The position numbers and the translations under genes are program-made. From NCBI RefSeq assembly GCF_006345805.1, contig NC_043006.1, forward strand, positions 30,008,001-30,072,000: 64,000 nucleotides of DNA, given 5' to 3'. Within the stretch, counting starts at the first letter, position 1; each line of letters starts with the position of its first letter. The notes below the pieces were generated by a model, which ran no database searches, was not told the origin of the DNA, and worked only from the letters and a program-made list of their open reading frames with translations. Positions 63,451 to 64,000 of this stretch are shown piece by piece. The stretch comes from Octopus sinensis (Eukaryota).

Positions 63451-63737
63451 TGTAACTTACAATGATGAGTTAAAACCTTCCATGGAAAAATGGCTTCATC
63501 TGTTAAATTTAGTAATGTACTGGGAGTAATGTGTTGAAGATTTAAATATCACAATGTTTTTATGTTGTGTTTATTATAATAGAACAACCTACAACTGCAA
63601 CTTAAGACATAGCTCCTATTTCTGTCTTGTGTCTTTCTCCTTATCAGCTTTAAATGTATTTTTTCTATTGTTTTTTTTTTTCATCACTGTCAAACCAAAC
63701 AGATGATGTCTTTTTAATTATTGATATAAAATACAGG

Positions 63738-63974
63738 CATGGGTTGGACGAGCTGGCAGAAACGTTAGCACGCTGGGCGAAATGCGTAGTCGTATTTCGT
63801 CTGCCATTACGTTCTGAGTTCAAATTCCGCCGAGGTCGACTTTGTCTTTCATCCTTTCGGGGTTAATAAATTAAGTACCAGTTACGCACTGATGTCGATG
63901 TAATTGACTTAATTCCTTTGTCTGTCCTTGTTTGTCCCCTCTGTGTTTAGCCCCTTGTGGGTAGTAAAGAAACA
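63738..63974 (+). mobile_element. Young full-length SINE family B with 15 bp TSD GATATAAAATACAGG
   Basis: A/B boxes (agctggcagaaacgttag; gagttcaaattcc), central ctttcatcctttcggggt domain; TSD at 63723-63737 and 63975-63989. Confidence 0.9.
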
Positions 63975-64000
63975 GATATAAAATACAGGAGCCTGTTATT

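Noticed and set aside
1054-63866. Most ORFs in the six-frame track as independent genes
   Set aside because: They are short, often use non-ATG starts, and are low-complexity (YIYI, CVCV, SQPA) or TE-derived. Only those overlapping ACLY exons or TE coding remnants show real motifs.

Overview
AT-rich animal genomic DNA with dense (AT)n/(CA)n microsatellites. The SINE, RTE-LINE and Helitron repertoire points to a coleoid cephalopod, most likely Octopus (inference). The window holds the 5' half of one plus-strand gene, ATP-citrate lyase (ACLY). I hand-spliced 12 coding exons (24724-62288, 1320 nt, 440 aa, MSAKAISE...[10 protein letters not shown]) with consistent phases and one GC-AG intron. A probable non-coding first exon ends at 1185 inside a CpG-retaining region, and the gene continues past the window end. 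The introns are mostly mobile-element relics: more than 20 RTE-LINE pieces, CR1-like LINEs, at least three tRNA-derived SINE families, a mariner-derived fold-back family, a Helitron helicase fragment, hAT and piggyBac-like MITEs, an R4/Dong-type endonuclease fragment and a ~580 bp palindrome. Almost all ORFs in the supplied track are spurious or TE-derived. The most notable observations are a PHD-type zinc finger inside the RTE reverse transcriptase, the mariner fold-back family, the large palindrome, and a candidate 57-nt mini-intron followed by an exon with an RTxS motif at the position of the human ACLY Ser455 site. I found no convincing wholly new system. TE boundaries are approximate unless a TSD or TIR is quoted.
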